Assembly (NCBI GenBank): GCA_020724865.1
Contig: DYGA01000005.1
Coordinates: forward strand, 4,094 to 68,093
Length of the DNA stretch: 64,000 bases
From: Candidatus Paceibacter sp.
GTDB lineage: Bacteria > Patescibacteriota > Patescibacteriia > S139-126
Reading direction: 5' to 3'
Shown here piece after piece: positions 10,658 through 20,347 of this stretch; the stretch's first letter is position 1, and the number at the start of each line of letters is the position of its first letter. Both the position numbers and the translations under genes were made by a program. The notes beneath the pieces were generated by a model. It worked only from the letters and a program-made list of their open reading frames with translations, had not been told where the DNA came from and did not search any database.

Positions 10658-11944
10658 ATGCAATGGTATCAGAGAATTCAGCAAGTTTGGCAGACTAAAG
10701 AAGTTAGAAACGACATCTTGTTTGTTTTGTTGATTTTAGTGATATTTAGAATTGGCGCTCATATTCCTATTCCGGGAATTGATACTGGTAATTTGCGAGA
10801 ATTTTTTGCTTCCAATCAAATTTTAGGACTTTTAAATCTTTTTTCCGGCGGCGGATTGGAAAATTTTTCTATCATGATGTTAGGCGTTGGTCCTTATATT
10901 ACTTCTTCAATTATTTTTCAATTGTTGGTAATGATTGTCCCCAAATTGGAAGAATTATCTAAGGAAGGTGAAAATGGACAGAGGAAAATAAATCAATATA
11001 CCAAATGGGCAACCATTCCTTTAGCTGTTTTGCAGGGTTATGGATTTATCACTTTGATGCAACGACAAGGGGGTGGAGTAAGTTTAATCGGTGACTTAAC
11101 TTTTTTCCAATATTTGACTGCTATTGTCACAGTGACTGCCGGTACTATGCTTTTGACTTGGCTGGGTGATTTAATTTCTGAACGACACATTGGTAATGGT
11201 GTATCATTGCTAATTTTTGCTGGAATTATTGCTGGGTTACCCACGGCTTTACAACAAACATTACTGGCATTTGATATATCACAGTTGACAACCGTGGTTT
11301 TATTTGCGCTTATTGCTTTAGCGACGGTGGTAGGAGTGGTATTTATAACTGAAGGCCAAAGACAGATTCCGGTAACTTATGCTCGTCGGGTGAGGGGTAT
11401 GACACAATATGGCGGAACTAATACTCACTTACCTTTGCGGGTTAACCAAGGCGGCGTCATCCCAATCATTTTTGCTATTTCGGTTATAATTTTTCCTTCC
11501 ATGATCGCCCAGTTTTTTGTTCAAGCTAAAAGCGCTTGGTTGTCAAATACAGCGGAGTATATTATTCAATTGTTCAATAATCAAATTTTTTACGGTGTAT
11601 TTTATTTTATTTTAGTAGTGGCTTTTACTTATTTTTATTCAGCAGTAGTATTTAAACCAGACCAGGTGGCAGAAAATTTACAAAAGCAGGGCGGATTTAT
11701 TCCTGGCATTAGACCGGGCAGGCCAACTGCTGAATATTTGCAGGCTACTGTCAATCGCATAAATTTGACTGGTTCAATATTTTTAGGCGTTATTGCTGTA
11801 TTACCTTTAATTTTGCAAGCTTATACTGGAATGAGTACTTTGGTGGTTGGCGGAACATCTTTATTGATAGTGGTGTCGGTAGTTATTGAATCAGTCAAGA
11901 AAGTTGAAGCCCAGCTGGAAATGCATGATTATGATGTTTATTAG
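10658..11944 (+). CDS. secY: Preprotein translocase SecY
   Basis: IGNGVSLLIF, FIPGIRPG, GGTSLLI. Confidence 0.99.
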   Translation: MQWYQRIQQVWQTKEVRNDILFVLLILVIFRIGAHIPIPGIDTGNLREFFASNQILGLLNLFSGGGLENFSIMMLGVGPYITSSIIFQLLVMIVPKLEELSKEGENGQRKINQYTKWATIPLAVLQGYGFITLMQRQGGGVSLIGDLTFFQYLTAIVTVTAGTMLLTWLGDLISERHIGNGVSLLIFAGIIAGLPTALQQTLLAFDISQLTTVVLFALIALATVVGVVFITEGQRQIPVTYARRVRGMTQYGGTNTHLPLRVNQGGVIPIIFAISVIIFPSMIAQFFVQAKSAWLSNTAEYIIQLFNNQIFYGVFYFILVVAFTYFYSAVVFKPDQVAENLQKQGGFIPGIRPGRPTAEYLQATVNRINLTGSIFLGVIAVLPLILQAYTGMSTLVVGGTSLLIVVSVVIESVKKVEAQLEMHDYDVY

Positions 11945-11953
11945 TTTTTATCT

Positions 11954-11986
11954 GCCGCTCCGACTAAATAGTCGGGGCGGTTTTTT
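11954..11986 (+). terminator. Intrinsic terminator after secY
   Basis: GCCGCTCCGACT-AAAT-AGTCGGGGCGGT plus T tract. Confidence 0.85.
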
Positions 11987-12036
11987 ATTTTATTAAAATT
12001 AGTTACAATATAATAAGAATTATTAATAAAAAAACA

Positions 12037-12687
12037 ATGTTGAATATTGTGATTATTGGACCACAAGGTTCAGGTAAAGGCACTCAAGCTAATTTGATTG
12101 CCGCTAAATATAAAATTGCCAATATATCAACTGGGGAAATGTTTAGAGAAGCGGTCAAAAATCAAACTGATTTAGGCAAAGCAGTCAAAGCAATAATTGA
12201 TCGTGGTGATTTAGTGCCTGATGATTTAACCAACGAGTTAGTAAAAGAGCGTCTCAGTAAAGATGATTGTCAATTTGGTTTTATTCTTGATGGTTATCCT
12301 AGAAATTTGTCTCAGGCCGAATATTTATTGACTCATCAAAAGATAACGCACGTTTTGGAAATTTGGATTTCAGATGAAGAAGCAATTAAACGTATCTCTG
12401 GTCGCCGAATTTGTAGTAATTGTGGCACCACCTATCATGTGTTATATAATCCTCCAAAACAGGAAAATATTTGCGATCGCTGCGGTGGTAAATTGACACA
12501 ACGTGATGATGATAATGAAAAATCAGTTAAACAAAGATTAAAAATTTATCATCAAGAAACCGAATCAATAATTAGTTTTTTTCAGAAAAAAAATTTACTT
12601 TATTGCATCAATGGCGAACAACGTATTCCAGATGTTGCTCGTGATGTTTATTCGGTTTTAGATAAAAAAAATGATATTAAAGAATAA
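12037..12687 (+). CDS. adk: Adenylate kinase (Zn-lid type)
   Basis: GPQGSGKGTQ, LDGYPR, CxxC lid motifs. Confidence 0.98.
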   Translation: MLNIVIIGPQGSGKGTQANLIAAKYKIANISTGEMFREAVKNQTDLGKAVKAIIDRGDLVPDDLTNELVKERLSKDDCQFGFILDGYPRNLSQAEYLLTHQKITHVLEIWISDEEAIKRISGRRICSNCGTTYHVLYNPPKQENICDRCGGKLTQRDDDNEKSVKQRLKIYHQETESIISFFQKKNLLYCINGEQRIPDVARDVYSVLDKKNDIKE

Positions 12688-13420
12688 AACAGATTTGAAA
12701 AAACTCAAAGCTGGTGGGGCACTATTGGCTTCGGTTTTAAAAAAAGTCAGTACTAGCATTGAAATTGGTATAACCACTAAGGAACTTGATAATATTGCTC
12801 AAAAGTTGATAAAAGATTTTGGTGCCAAACCTTCATTTCTTGGTTTTGAAGGTTATCCAGCAGCACTTTGTACTTCAGTAAATGAGCAATTAGTTCATGG
12901 TATACCAAATAATTATCAACTAAAATCAGGAGATATTATTGGTATTGATTGCGGTGTGTGGTATGAGGGGTTTTGTACTGATATGGCTTTGACAGTTGGC
13001 GTTGGTAAAATAACTGAACAAGATGAAAAGTTAATTAAAGTAACCAAGCAGTCTTTAAACGAAGGTTTAAATACAATTAAAGCTGGTAGTAAAACCGGAG
13101 ATTATGGTTATGCAGTACAAACATATGTTGAAAAAAATGGATTTTCAGTAATTAGGAGTTTAGTTGGTCATGGTGTTGGTTTAGCAGTTCATGAAGAACC
13201 GCGAGTTCCTAATTATGGAGAAGCTGGCAAAGGACAAATTTTTTCTGCCGGAATGGTTTTGGCTTTAGAGCCTATGGTTTCAATTGGTTCTTACCAAATA
13301 GAAACTTTGGCAGATGGTTGGACTATTGTTATGACTGATGGGGCAAATTCAGCTCATTTTGAACTGACCATAGTAGTTACGGAAGATGGTTATGATTTAA
13401 TTACCCCCAAAATTTGGTGA
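12671..13420 (+). CDS. map: Methionine aminopeptidase type I
   Basis: SVNEQLVHGIP, GHGVG, HEEP, AHFE. Confidence 0.98.
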   Translation: MILKNKTDLKKLKAGGALLASVLKKVSTSIEIGITTKELDNIAQKLIKDFGAKPSFLGFEGYPAALCTSVNEQLVHGIPNNYQLKSGDIIGIDCGVWYEGFCTDMALTVGVGKITEQDEKLIKVTKQSLNEGLNTIKAGSKTGDYGYAVQTYVEKNGFSVIRSLVGHGVGLAVHEEPRVPNYGEAGKGQIFSAGMVLALEPMVSIGSYQIETLADGWTIVMTDGANSAHFELTIVVTEDGYDLITPKIW

Positions 13421-13437
13421 TTTTAAAATATTTTTGT

Positions 13438-13815
13438 ATGAAAGCATTGGGTATAGATTATGGTGAAAAAAAAATTGGCTTAAGTATCTCGGCTGGAAGT
13501 ATTGCTTTGCCTTGGAAAATATTGAATAATTTTAAGTCAAATAATGAAGTTATTGATGAAATAAAAAAAATAATAGATCAAGAAAAAATAGAAGTTATTG
13601 TCGTGGGCAAACCATTATCATTGCGCGGGACAAGGTCAAACCAAACTAAGGTGGTAAATGATTTTGTGGATTTTATTAAAAAAAATGTCAATCTACCAGT
13701 ATATGAGATTGATGAAAGGTTTTCTAGCCAAATGGCTCAAAAACAGTCAGGTGGTAGAAATGATGATGCCCAAGCAGCTGCTAATATTTTACAAACTTAT
13801 TTAGATAAAATATAA
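13438..13815 (+). CDS. ruvX: YqgF/RuvX pre-16S rRNA nuclease
   Basis: LGIDYGEKKIG, DERFSS, AAANILQ. Confidence 0.93.
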   Translation: MKALGIDYGEKKIGLSISAGSIALPWKILNNFKSNNEVIDEIKKIIDQEKIEVIVVGKPLSLRGTRSNQTKVVNDFVDFIKKNVNLPVYEIDERFSSQMAQKQSGGRNDDAQAAANILQTYLDKI

Positions 13816-13823
13816 ATTAATTT

Positions 13824-14912
13824 ATGTGGCGGGGAACAGTTTGGTTTTACGTTTTACCATTTATCAGCGCTTTACTAATTATTCAACCCTTAGTATGGCT
13901 GGTGATTAGAATAGCTAGATATTATAAAATATTGGATTGGCCTGATAATAAACGTAAATTACATCAAAGACCAGTGCCTTTGTGGGGAGGTTTAGCTTTG
14001 GGCATTGGTTTTATTTTGTGTTTATTTTTGTTTTTTAAATTTGGTTTTTTGCTTGATGGCAGATTGAATATAAATTATATTCTAGCTTTAGCTTTGGCCA
14101 GCTTTTTGTTAGTATTAGGTGGAATTTTAGATGATAAATATCATCTTTCACCAGGTAAACAGTTTATCTGGCCGTTATTGGCAGTGGCAGTTATTGTGTT
14201 TAGTGGTATTCAAGTACACTTTGTTACTAACCCCTTAGGGGGTATTTTACATTTAGATTTTTGGCAAATAAATTTAACCGGTTTTGTATTTTCGCCGCTG
14301 GCTTTATTTATTTCCTTTTTTTGGTTGTTAGGTATGATATATACCACAAAATTTTTAGATGGTTTGGATGGTTTAGTTTCAGGTATGACTGGTTTAGGAG
14401 CAATTTTTATTTTTTTTGTATCTTTAGCTTGGGATATACCTAATTCTGGAACTTCAGTATTAGCTTTGATTGTAGCTGGTTTAATGTTTGGTTTTTTAAT
14501 TTGGAATTTTTTTCCGGCTAAGATATTTCTTGGTGAAGCTGGATCAACTTTGGCCGGTTTATGGTTAGGAGTATTGGCCATAATCTCCGGTGGTAAAATT
14601 GCTACTGCTCTATTGGTGATGGGATTGCCAATTTTAGATGTTGTTTGGGTAATAGTCCGTCGCATTTTTTGGGACAGGACTTCACCAACCACGGCAGATC
14701 GAAAACACCTTCATTTTCGTTTATTGGATGTAGGTTTTTCTCATCGGCAGGCAGTTTTGTTTTTATATTTACTGGCTACTTTATTTGGCTCAGTGGCATT
14801 ATTTCAAAACTCTAAAGGAAAATTGATTCTTTTTTTAGTTTTATTGGTTGTAATGGTGATTATTGGTTCAATATTAGTTTTAGTTTATAAGAAAAAAAAT
14901 GTTAAAAAATAA
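13824..14912 (+). CDS. MraY/WecA-TagO family polyprenyl-phosphate sugar-1-P transferase
   Basis: GILDD, FLDGLDGL, PAKIFLGEAG, HLHFRL. Confidence 0.9.
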   Translation: MWRGTVWFYVLPFISALLIIQPLVWLVIRIARYYKILDWPDNKRKLHQRPVPLWGGLALGIGFILCLFLFFKFGFLLDGRLNINYILALALASFLLVLGGILDDKYHLSPGKQFIWPLLAVAVIVFSGIQVHFVTNPLGGILHLDFWQINLTGFVFSPLALFISFFWLLGMIYTTKFLDGLDGLVSGMTGLGAIFIFFVSLAWDIPNSGTSVLALIVAGLMFGFLIWNFFPAKIFLGEAGSTLAGLWLGVLAIISGGKIATALLVMGLPILDVVWVIVRRIFWDRTSPTTADRKHLHFRLLDVGFSHRQAVLFLYLLATLFGSVALFQNSKGKLILFLVLLVVMVIIGSILVLVYKKKNVKK

Positions 14913-15381
14913 GTTAATTTTTTTGATAATTTTTGCTAGTTTGGTATTTTTTTTAACTGGTTGTTTTACTTTTACCTCAGTGCAACTTAAGCAAATTGCC
15001 GAAAATAAAAATGAAAAAATATCAGCCATAGAAATTAATGGACAAATTATTAAGTTAGAATTAGCGGAATCTGTAAGTCAACAGATCAAGGGATTATCGG
15101 GTCGTGATTTTTTATTTCCTGACCAAGGCATGTTATTTGTTTATAGTGATTATCAATTGCCGGGTTTTTGGATGAAGGGTATGTTATTTCCCTTGGATAT
15201 TATTTGGTTGCGAGATAATAAAATTGTGGGTTGGGAAAAAAATATTCCGATTGCTACTTCTACCAATTTACAAATTTATTATCCCCCTGAACCAGTTAAT
15301 TATGTATTAGAGGTGGTTGCTGGTACGGTTGATAATTTAGATATCAAAGTAGGTGAAGAGGTTGTCTATAGAGTTGACTAG
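14899..15381 (+). CDS. DUF192-family putative lipoprotein
   Basis: LTGC lipobox; GMLF, FWMK, PLDIIW, YVLEV. Confidence 0.85.
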   Translation: MLKNKLIFLIIFASLVFFLTGCFTFTSVQLKQIAENKNEKISAIEINGQIIKLELAESVSQQIKGLSGRDFLFPDQGMLFVYSDYQLPGFWMKGMLFPLDIIWLRDNKIVGWEKNIPIATSTNLQIYYPPEPVNYVLEVVAGTVDNLDIKVGEEVVYRVD

Positions 15382-15434
15382 AAAATTTAATTAAGTTAGA
15401 ATGTCTATACTAATTATCAATTAATAAAATATCT

Positions 15435-15749
15435 ATGAATTTAGCAGTTATAAAAACCGGTGGTAAACAATATGTTGTTACTGCGGGACAAAAATTGAAA
15501 GTAGAAAAATTGCCAGCAGCAGAAAAAGATAAAATTGATTTTACTGAAGTTTTATTAGTGGCTGATGATAAAAATGTAAAAATTGGTCAGCCGTTTTTAA
15601 CTGGTACAAAGGTTACTGCTACTGTTTTAACTCATGGTAAATCTAAAAAAGTTACAGGTTATCATTATAAACCTAAGACCAGAAATAAGAAAAAATTTGG
15701 TCACCGTCAGCCATTTTCTGAAGTAGAAATTCTTAAAATCACTGCTTAG
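15435..15749 (+). CDS. rplU: 50S ribosomal protein L21
   Basis: AVIKTGGKQY, GHRQPF. Confidence 0.98.
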   Translation: MNLAVIKTGGKQYVVTAGQKLKVEKLPAAEKDKIDFTEVLLVADDKNVKIGQPFLTGTKVTATVLTHGKSKKVTGYHYKPKTRNKKKFGHRQPFSEVEILKITA

Positions 15750-15769
15750 TTTTTGTCTATTAACAAAAC

Positions 15770-15791
15770 ACCGGGCGTATCGCCCGGTTTT
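15770..15791. terminator. Bidirectional terminator between rplU and recR
   Basis: ACCGGGCG-TAT-CGCCCGGT with flanking A/T tracts. Confidence 0.8.
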
Positions 15792-15847
15792 ATATTGAGT
15801 TAATTATCAGATATTCCAAAGTATTGAAGATATATTTAAAGCTTATA

Positions 15848-16456
15848 CTATTTAATTTTTTGTCTATTGTCTAAAGCTTCAGTCAGGGTGATGTCATCAG
15901 TATATTCTAAATCAGCTCCTATTGGCAGACCACGGGCCAGTTTGGTTAGAGTAATATTTAGTGGTGATAATATCTTTTTTAAATACAGAGCAGTTGTTTC
16001 TCCACTCATGTCGGGGTTAAAGGCCAAAATTATTTCGTTGAATTTTGGTTTAGCCGAATTGATTCTGTTTATGAGCTGAGGAATTTTAATTTCTTCGGGA
16101 CCTTGATTTTTAATTGGCTCCAAGCAACCGTCAAGGATAAAATATAACCCGTGATAATGTCCAGTTTTTTCAATAGCTTGCAGTTCAGAGTGACCACTAA
16201 CAATACATAAAATATTTTTATCTCTATTTTTCCCTTGGCAAATAGAACAAGGTGATTTTTCTGTGAAGTTACGACACAATTCACAGCGAGTTAGTTGAGC
16301 ATTTAAGTTTATCAGGTCTTGACTTAAAGTTTTTAAAAGATTGTCCGGTTGTTGCAGGAGATATAAAACAATTCTTTCAGCGGTGCGTGGGCCAACTGAG
16401 GGCAATTTGGCAAAGGTATTGATAATTTTTTGAATTATTTCCGGATAACCAGACAT
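15848..16456 (-). CDS. recR: Recombination mediator RecR
   Basis: HhH LPSVGPRTAER, C4 zinc finger, LARGLPIGADLEY. Confidence 0.97.
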   Translation of the reverse strand: MSGYPEIIQKIINTFAKLPSVGPRTAERIVLYLLQQPDNLLKTLSQDLINLNAQLTRCELCRNFTEKSPCSICQGKNRDKNILCIVSGHSELQAIEKTGHYHGLYFILDGCLEPIKNQGPEEIKIPQLINRINSAKPKFNEIILAFNPDMSGETTALYLKKILSPLNITLTKLARGLPIGADLEYTDDITLTEALDNRQKIK

Positions 16457-16459
16457 AGT

Positions 16460-16756
16460 TTATTTGAGATTGGGTAGAGTGTAACCAGAATCTTTTATTT
16501 TTTTTGCCATAACTCGATGAATTTTTTTTATCAAATCTTCATGAGCTTTGATAATATTTTTTTCCAATTGTTGTTTTTTATCACGACTTAAAAGTTCAGG
16601 ATCAATTTCACAGGCAGTTAGATTTTGATTTCCATCCATACGTAAAGTCACGCCGTTATAAGTAACCTCTTCACTTTCCTGACTGAGGGTTTTTTGCATT
16701 GCTTTGGCTTGATTACGCAATTCTTTTATTTGATTGAGTTTGGAAAACATTGACAT
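16460..16756 (-). CDS. YbaB/EbfC nucleoid-associated protein
   Basis: Size, sequence pattern and conserved adjacency to recR. Confidence 0.85.
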   Translation of the reverse strand: MSMFSKLNQIKELRNQAKAMQKTLSQESEEVTYNGVTLRMDGNQNLTACEIDPELLSRDKKQQLEKNIIKAHEDLIKKIHRVMAKKIKDSGYTLPNLK

Positions 16757-16800
16757 ATAAATTTCGAATAATAATAAATTGAAAATAAAAAATTATTTTT

Positions 16801-18174
16801 TTATTCAAATTCTGGTTGAGGTGTATCGGAACGGGCTTTATTTTCAAATCTGACTTTATCTTCATTGAAAATTAATTCCAACCAGCCAGTCGGACCATTG
16901 CGATGTTTGGCAATTATTATTTCAGCTATATTTCTTTTGTCAGGATCAGTTTCTTCTCGTTTGTACATATATTCACGATAAATAAATAATACCACATCAG
17001 CGTCTTGTTCTATAGAGCCAGATTCACGCAAGTGGGCTAGTTTTGGTTTTGGCGGACGTTCCATTTCTACCGCTCGAGATAACTGTGACAGAGCCAGGAC
17101 TGGCACATTTAATTCACGAGCTAGAGCTTTTAGAGCGCGAGAAATTTCGCTTACCTCTTGCACGCGATTGTCAGAATTTTTACTTCGTCCCTCCATAAGT
17201 TGCAAATAGTCAATCATGATTAATTCTAACCCATGTTCAGCTTTCAATCTTCTGGCTTTTGTCCTTAGTTCCATAATATTGGCCGTAGCACTATCGTCAA
17301 TAAATATCGGCGCTTCTGATAGTACGGACATAGCATGACCAATTCTTGGGAAATCATCATCTTCTTCGCGGTCAGACAATCGACCAGTGCGCATACGCCA
17401 TAAATCAACTCCAGCTTCGGCGCAGAGCATACGATCCACCAGCTGTTCTTTGCTCATTTCCAAAGAAAATATACCTACCGGATGTCCGGCTTTGCCGATT
17501 TGTCGGGCGATATCTAAAGCCAAAGTGGTTTTACCCATTGACGGTCTGGCAGCTAAAATAATTAGATCTGATTTTTGCAAACCAGCTAGCTTGTTATCTA
17601 AATCATAAAAACCAGTAGGCAATCCTCTAATGCGCCCACCTTCTCGATGCATTTCGTCTATACGTTCAAAAGTTTCATCCAAGATAGATCTGACGGGAAT
17701 GAAATTTTGTTTTAAATGTTTTTGTGAAATTTGAAATATTTTTTGTTCCGCCTCATCCAGTAAAGCATCAACTTTTTCTTCTTCGCTAAAGCCTAGGGCG
17801 GTGATTTCTTGAGCAGCTCTGATTAGTTTTCGTAATGCAGCTTTTTTTTGTACGATTTGGGCATAAGATAAGATGTTACTGGAGGTCACTACCGAATTGG
17901 TAAGTTCAGCTAGGTAAGCCCGTCCGCCAATCTTATCCAAAATTTGCTTTTCTTGTAGACGATTTGTTAGGCTAAGTAAGTCAATTGGTTCCCGCTCGCT
18001 ATAAAGTTCAAGCATTGTTTCAAATATTTGTTGGTGAGCTTCTTTATAGAAATCATCACTAGATAAAAAATCAGCGATTTTGGCAATTGCTTCTTGATCA
18101 ATTAATATAGATCCCAAAACATTAGTTTCCGCTTCTAGATTTTGGGGTGGTAATTTATTTAGTTCATCTGACAT
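16801..18174 (-). CDS. dnaB: Replicative DNA helicase
   Basis: ARPSMGKT, IDYLQL, LRESGSIEQDAD. Confidence 0.99.
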   Translation of the reverse strand: MSDELNKLPPQNLEAETNVLGSILIDQEAIAKIADFLSSDDFYKEAHQQIFETMLELYSEREPIDLLSLTNRLQEKQILDKIGGRAYLAELTNSVVTSSNILSYAQIVQKKAALRKLIRAAQEITALGFSEEEKVDALLDEAEQKIFQISQKHLKQNFIPVRSILDETFERIDEMHREGGRIRGLPTGFYDLDNKLAGLQKSDLIILAARPSMGKTTLALDIARQIGKAGHPVGIFSLEMSKEQLVDRMLCAEAGVDLWRMRTGRLSDREEDDDFPRIGHAMSVLSEAPIFIDDSATANIMELRTKARRLKAEHGLELIMIDYLQLMEGRSKNSDNRVQEVSEISRALKALARELNVPVLALSQLSRAVEMERPPKPKLAHLRESGSIEQDADVVLFIYREYMYKREETDPDKRNIAEIIIAKHRNGPTGWLELIFNEDKVRFENKARSDTPQPEFE

Positions 18175-18310
18175 AGTAGTGTTATCTTACTGGAAAGAAA
18201 TCAATTTTTCAAGCTCTTATTTTACATAGGAAATCCACTTGTCATTCACATTTTTAATGTTAATATAAATATAAAAGAACTTTAAAAATCAATAAAAAAA
18301 GGAGTAAAAA

Positions 18311-19351
18311 ATGAAAAAGTCATTTTTATTTATTCGTAGTTGGTTATTGATATTGACTGTGTGTATTGTCGGTCAGGGTATTTATATTTATCATTTACAA
18401 ACAACTAACCAAAAATTAGAAGTAGCAAACGCCGAGCAATTGCAGTTTGTCAGCAGTATGATTGATACCTTGTGGTCTGACTTTTATATGCAAAATATTA
18501 ATATCCCTGAAAAAATTGTTTTTGCTGGTAAAGATATTTATTTAGACCAAGTAATACGTGAAGAATTGTGGCAACGTGTCGTCCGTTTCCAAAGTGAACA
18601 TTGGCGTTGGCCAATTTTAAATTATCGTCTAGATAAGTATTCATACGTTTTGGATACCTTGCGTTCCTTACAGGCTCCCGAAGATTTAAAATATGTGGCT
18701 ATCCAAGAAAGTTTTTTAAATCCCAAAGCAGTGTCCTGGGCTAAAGCATCGGGCTTTTGGCAATTTATGCCCCCGACTGGTAAAGCTTATAACCTAAAAA
18801 TAAATTATTATATTGATCAGCGTTTTGATCCAGTTGAGGCAACCATTGCCGCGGTTCAGCATTTTAATGATTTATTGACAGTTTTTAGTGGTAACTGGGC
18901 TTTATCTGCAGCTGCTTATAATACGGGTGAACAAAGAGTGTTACGCAGTATGAGAATACAAGGAACTGATAATTATTTTGATTTAAATTTACCAAGAGAA
19001 ACAACTGAATATTTTATTAATATTTTGGCTTGGAAAATAATTATTGAAAGAGAGGATAATTTTATCCGACGTTTTCAACCACAAGTTGAATTTTCTTTAC
19101 CAACTGTAGAAGTTAGATTGACCTTACAACGGCCGCTAAGAGCTAAAGATATTTTGCCAGTGTTTAATAATAGTTATCGAGTTTGGCGAATGCTCAATCC
19201 TATCTACATTAGAGATGAGGTGCCCAAAGGTACGCATTTGCTAAAAATCCCTAAAGAAAATCTAACGTTATTCAATCAGATAATTAATAAAAAAAGAGCC
19301 ATTTATATGGTGATTGATAATACAAAAAAAGATCTAAATTTAGGTGGTTAA
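18311..19351 (+). CDS. Lytic transglycosylase (SLT/MltD-like), N-terminal membrane anchor
   Basis: QES, GFWQFMP, AAYNTG, LPRET; AAGGAG SD. Confidence 0.9.
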   Translation: MKKSFLFIRSWLLILTVCIVGQGIYIYHLQTTNQKLEVANAEQLQFVSSMIDTLWSDFYMQNINIPEKIVFAGKDIYLDQVIREELWQRVVRFQSEHWRWPILNYRLDKYSYVLDTLRSLQAPEDLKYVAIQESFLNPKAVSWAKASGFWQFMPPTGKAYNLKINYYIDQRFDPVEATIAAVQHFNDLLTVFSGNWALSAAAYNTGEQRVLRSMRIQGTDNYFDLNLPRETTEYFINILAWKIIIEREDNFIRRFQPQVEFSLPTVEVRLTLQRPLRAKDILPVFNNSYRVWRMLNPIYIRDEVPKGTHLLKIPKENLTLFNQIINKKRAIYMVIDNTKKDLNLGG

Positions 19352-19366
19352 TAAAAATTAATTTAT

Positions 19367-19396
19367 AAAACCCAAGCGCAGATGTCTTGGGTTTTT
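19367..19396 (+). terminator. Terminator after SLT gene
   Basis: AAAACCCAAG...CTTGGGTTTT. Confidence 0.8.
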
Positions 19397-19441
19397 CTCT
19401 TGCCAAAATTATCTAAGTTTGATATATTAGGTTTTGTTATT

Positions 19442-19517
19442 TAGAAAGTTAGGATATAGGATAAAGGAGTTAGGATTTAGTATTATTAAAATTAGTAATT
19501 AATAATTAGATATTAGT
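19442..19517. repeat. Two adjacent heptamer tandem arrays (TTAGGAT-type, AATTAGT-type)
   Basis: TTAGGAT ATAGGAT AAAGGAG TTAGGAT TTAGTAT; AATTAGT AATTAAT AATTAGA TATTAGT. Confidence 0.7.
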
Positions 19518-19531
19518 AATTTACATTGTAT

Positions 19532-19607
19532 GGGTCGTTAGCTCAGTTGGTAGAGCGCCAGGCTTTTAACCTGGGCGTCACAGGTTCGAATCCTGTACGA
19601 CCCACCA
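19532..19607 (+). tRNA. tRNA-Lys(TTT)
   Basis: Cloverleaf, CCAGG-CTTTTAA-CCTGG, GTTCGAATC, encoded CCA. Confidence 0.98.
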
Positions 19608-19638
19608 GAAATTACTTTCGAAAATTTATCAATTTTTT

Positions 19639-19670
19639 ATGGGCGGCACGTAGTGCCGCCCATTTATTTT
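19639..19670 (+). terminator. Terminator after tRNA-Lys
   Basis: ATGGGCGGCAC-GTA-GTGCCGCCCAT plus T-rich tail. Confidence 0.85.
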
Positions 19671-19946
19671 GTATTAATCATTTGTTCTCAAAAAAATAAA
19701 ATTTTTTACTGGTTTCTGCTTTGAACGAGCAGGGCGGCGGGGCTACACTTCGGCTCGAGTGCGGCGGAAGGGGGGGGGGGGGGGGGAGGAATTCCGACGT
19801 GTTAGGACGGCTAGTTTTGTTCAGGAATTTAGGATAAAATGAGTTCAAATGGTATTGTAAAGACACACTAAAATTTTACTTGTAAATTTATTGATTTTTC
19901 GTGTTAGTAGTTGAAATATTAATTTAATTTTTAAAAAGAGCAATTT

Positions 19947-20105
19947 ATGAAAGACAATAGCCAAAAATTATATGAATGCCCTGAATGTCATTTGAAATAT
20001 AAAGATAAAGAGTGGGCGGAAAAATGCGAAATATGGTGCCGCAAAAATCACAGTTGTAATTTGGAAATTACCGCTCAAGCCGAAAAGTCAGGAGAAGATG
20101 GTTAA
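19947..20105 (+). CDS. Small Cys/His-rich putative zinc-binding protein (52 aa, not in ORF track)
   Basis: MKDNSQKLYECPECHLKYKDKEWAEKCEIWCRKNHSCNLEITAQAEKSGEDG. Confidence 0.75.
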   Translation: MKDNSQKLYECPECHLKYKDKEWAEKCEIWCRKNHSCNLEITAQAEKSGEDG

Positions 20106-20347
20106 AATCATGACACAACAATAATTTGTTATATACTGCAAATTTTCCAAGAAATTTTAGCAGAGACAGTGATTTTTGACGGATAATTATTTTTTTAAAT
20201 TATATTATTGTGTCCAATAAATAAACCACAAATACACCTTATTTATCAGGTGTTTTTTATTGACAAAATTAATTATTTTGTTAGCATAAGTAAATTGCGA
20301 TCTTTAATAATTAACAAATATCATTCATAAATTTATGGAGGTCACTC

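Noticed and set aside
38-14692. Antisense and alternate-frame ORFs over tuf, r-protein genes, secY and the MraY-like gene
   Set aside because: Shadows of well-supported genes with no motifs; the same applies to similar ORFs later in the window.
19678-19866. Poly-Pro ORF on the minus strand
   Set aside because: The Pro run simply reflects the G17 tract; no other support.
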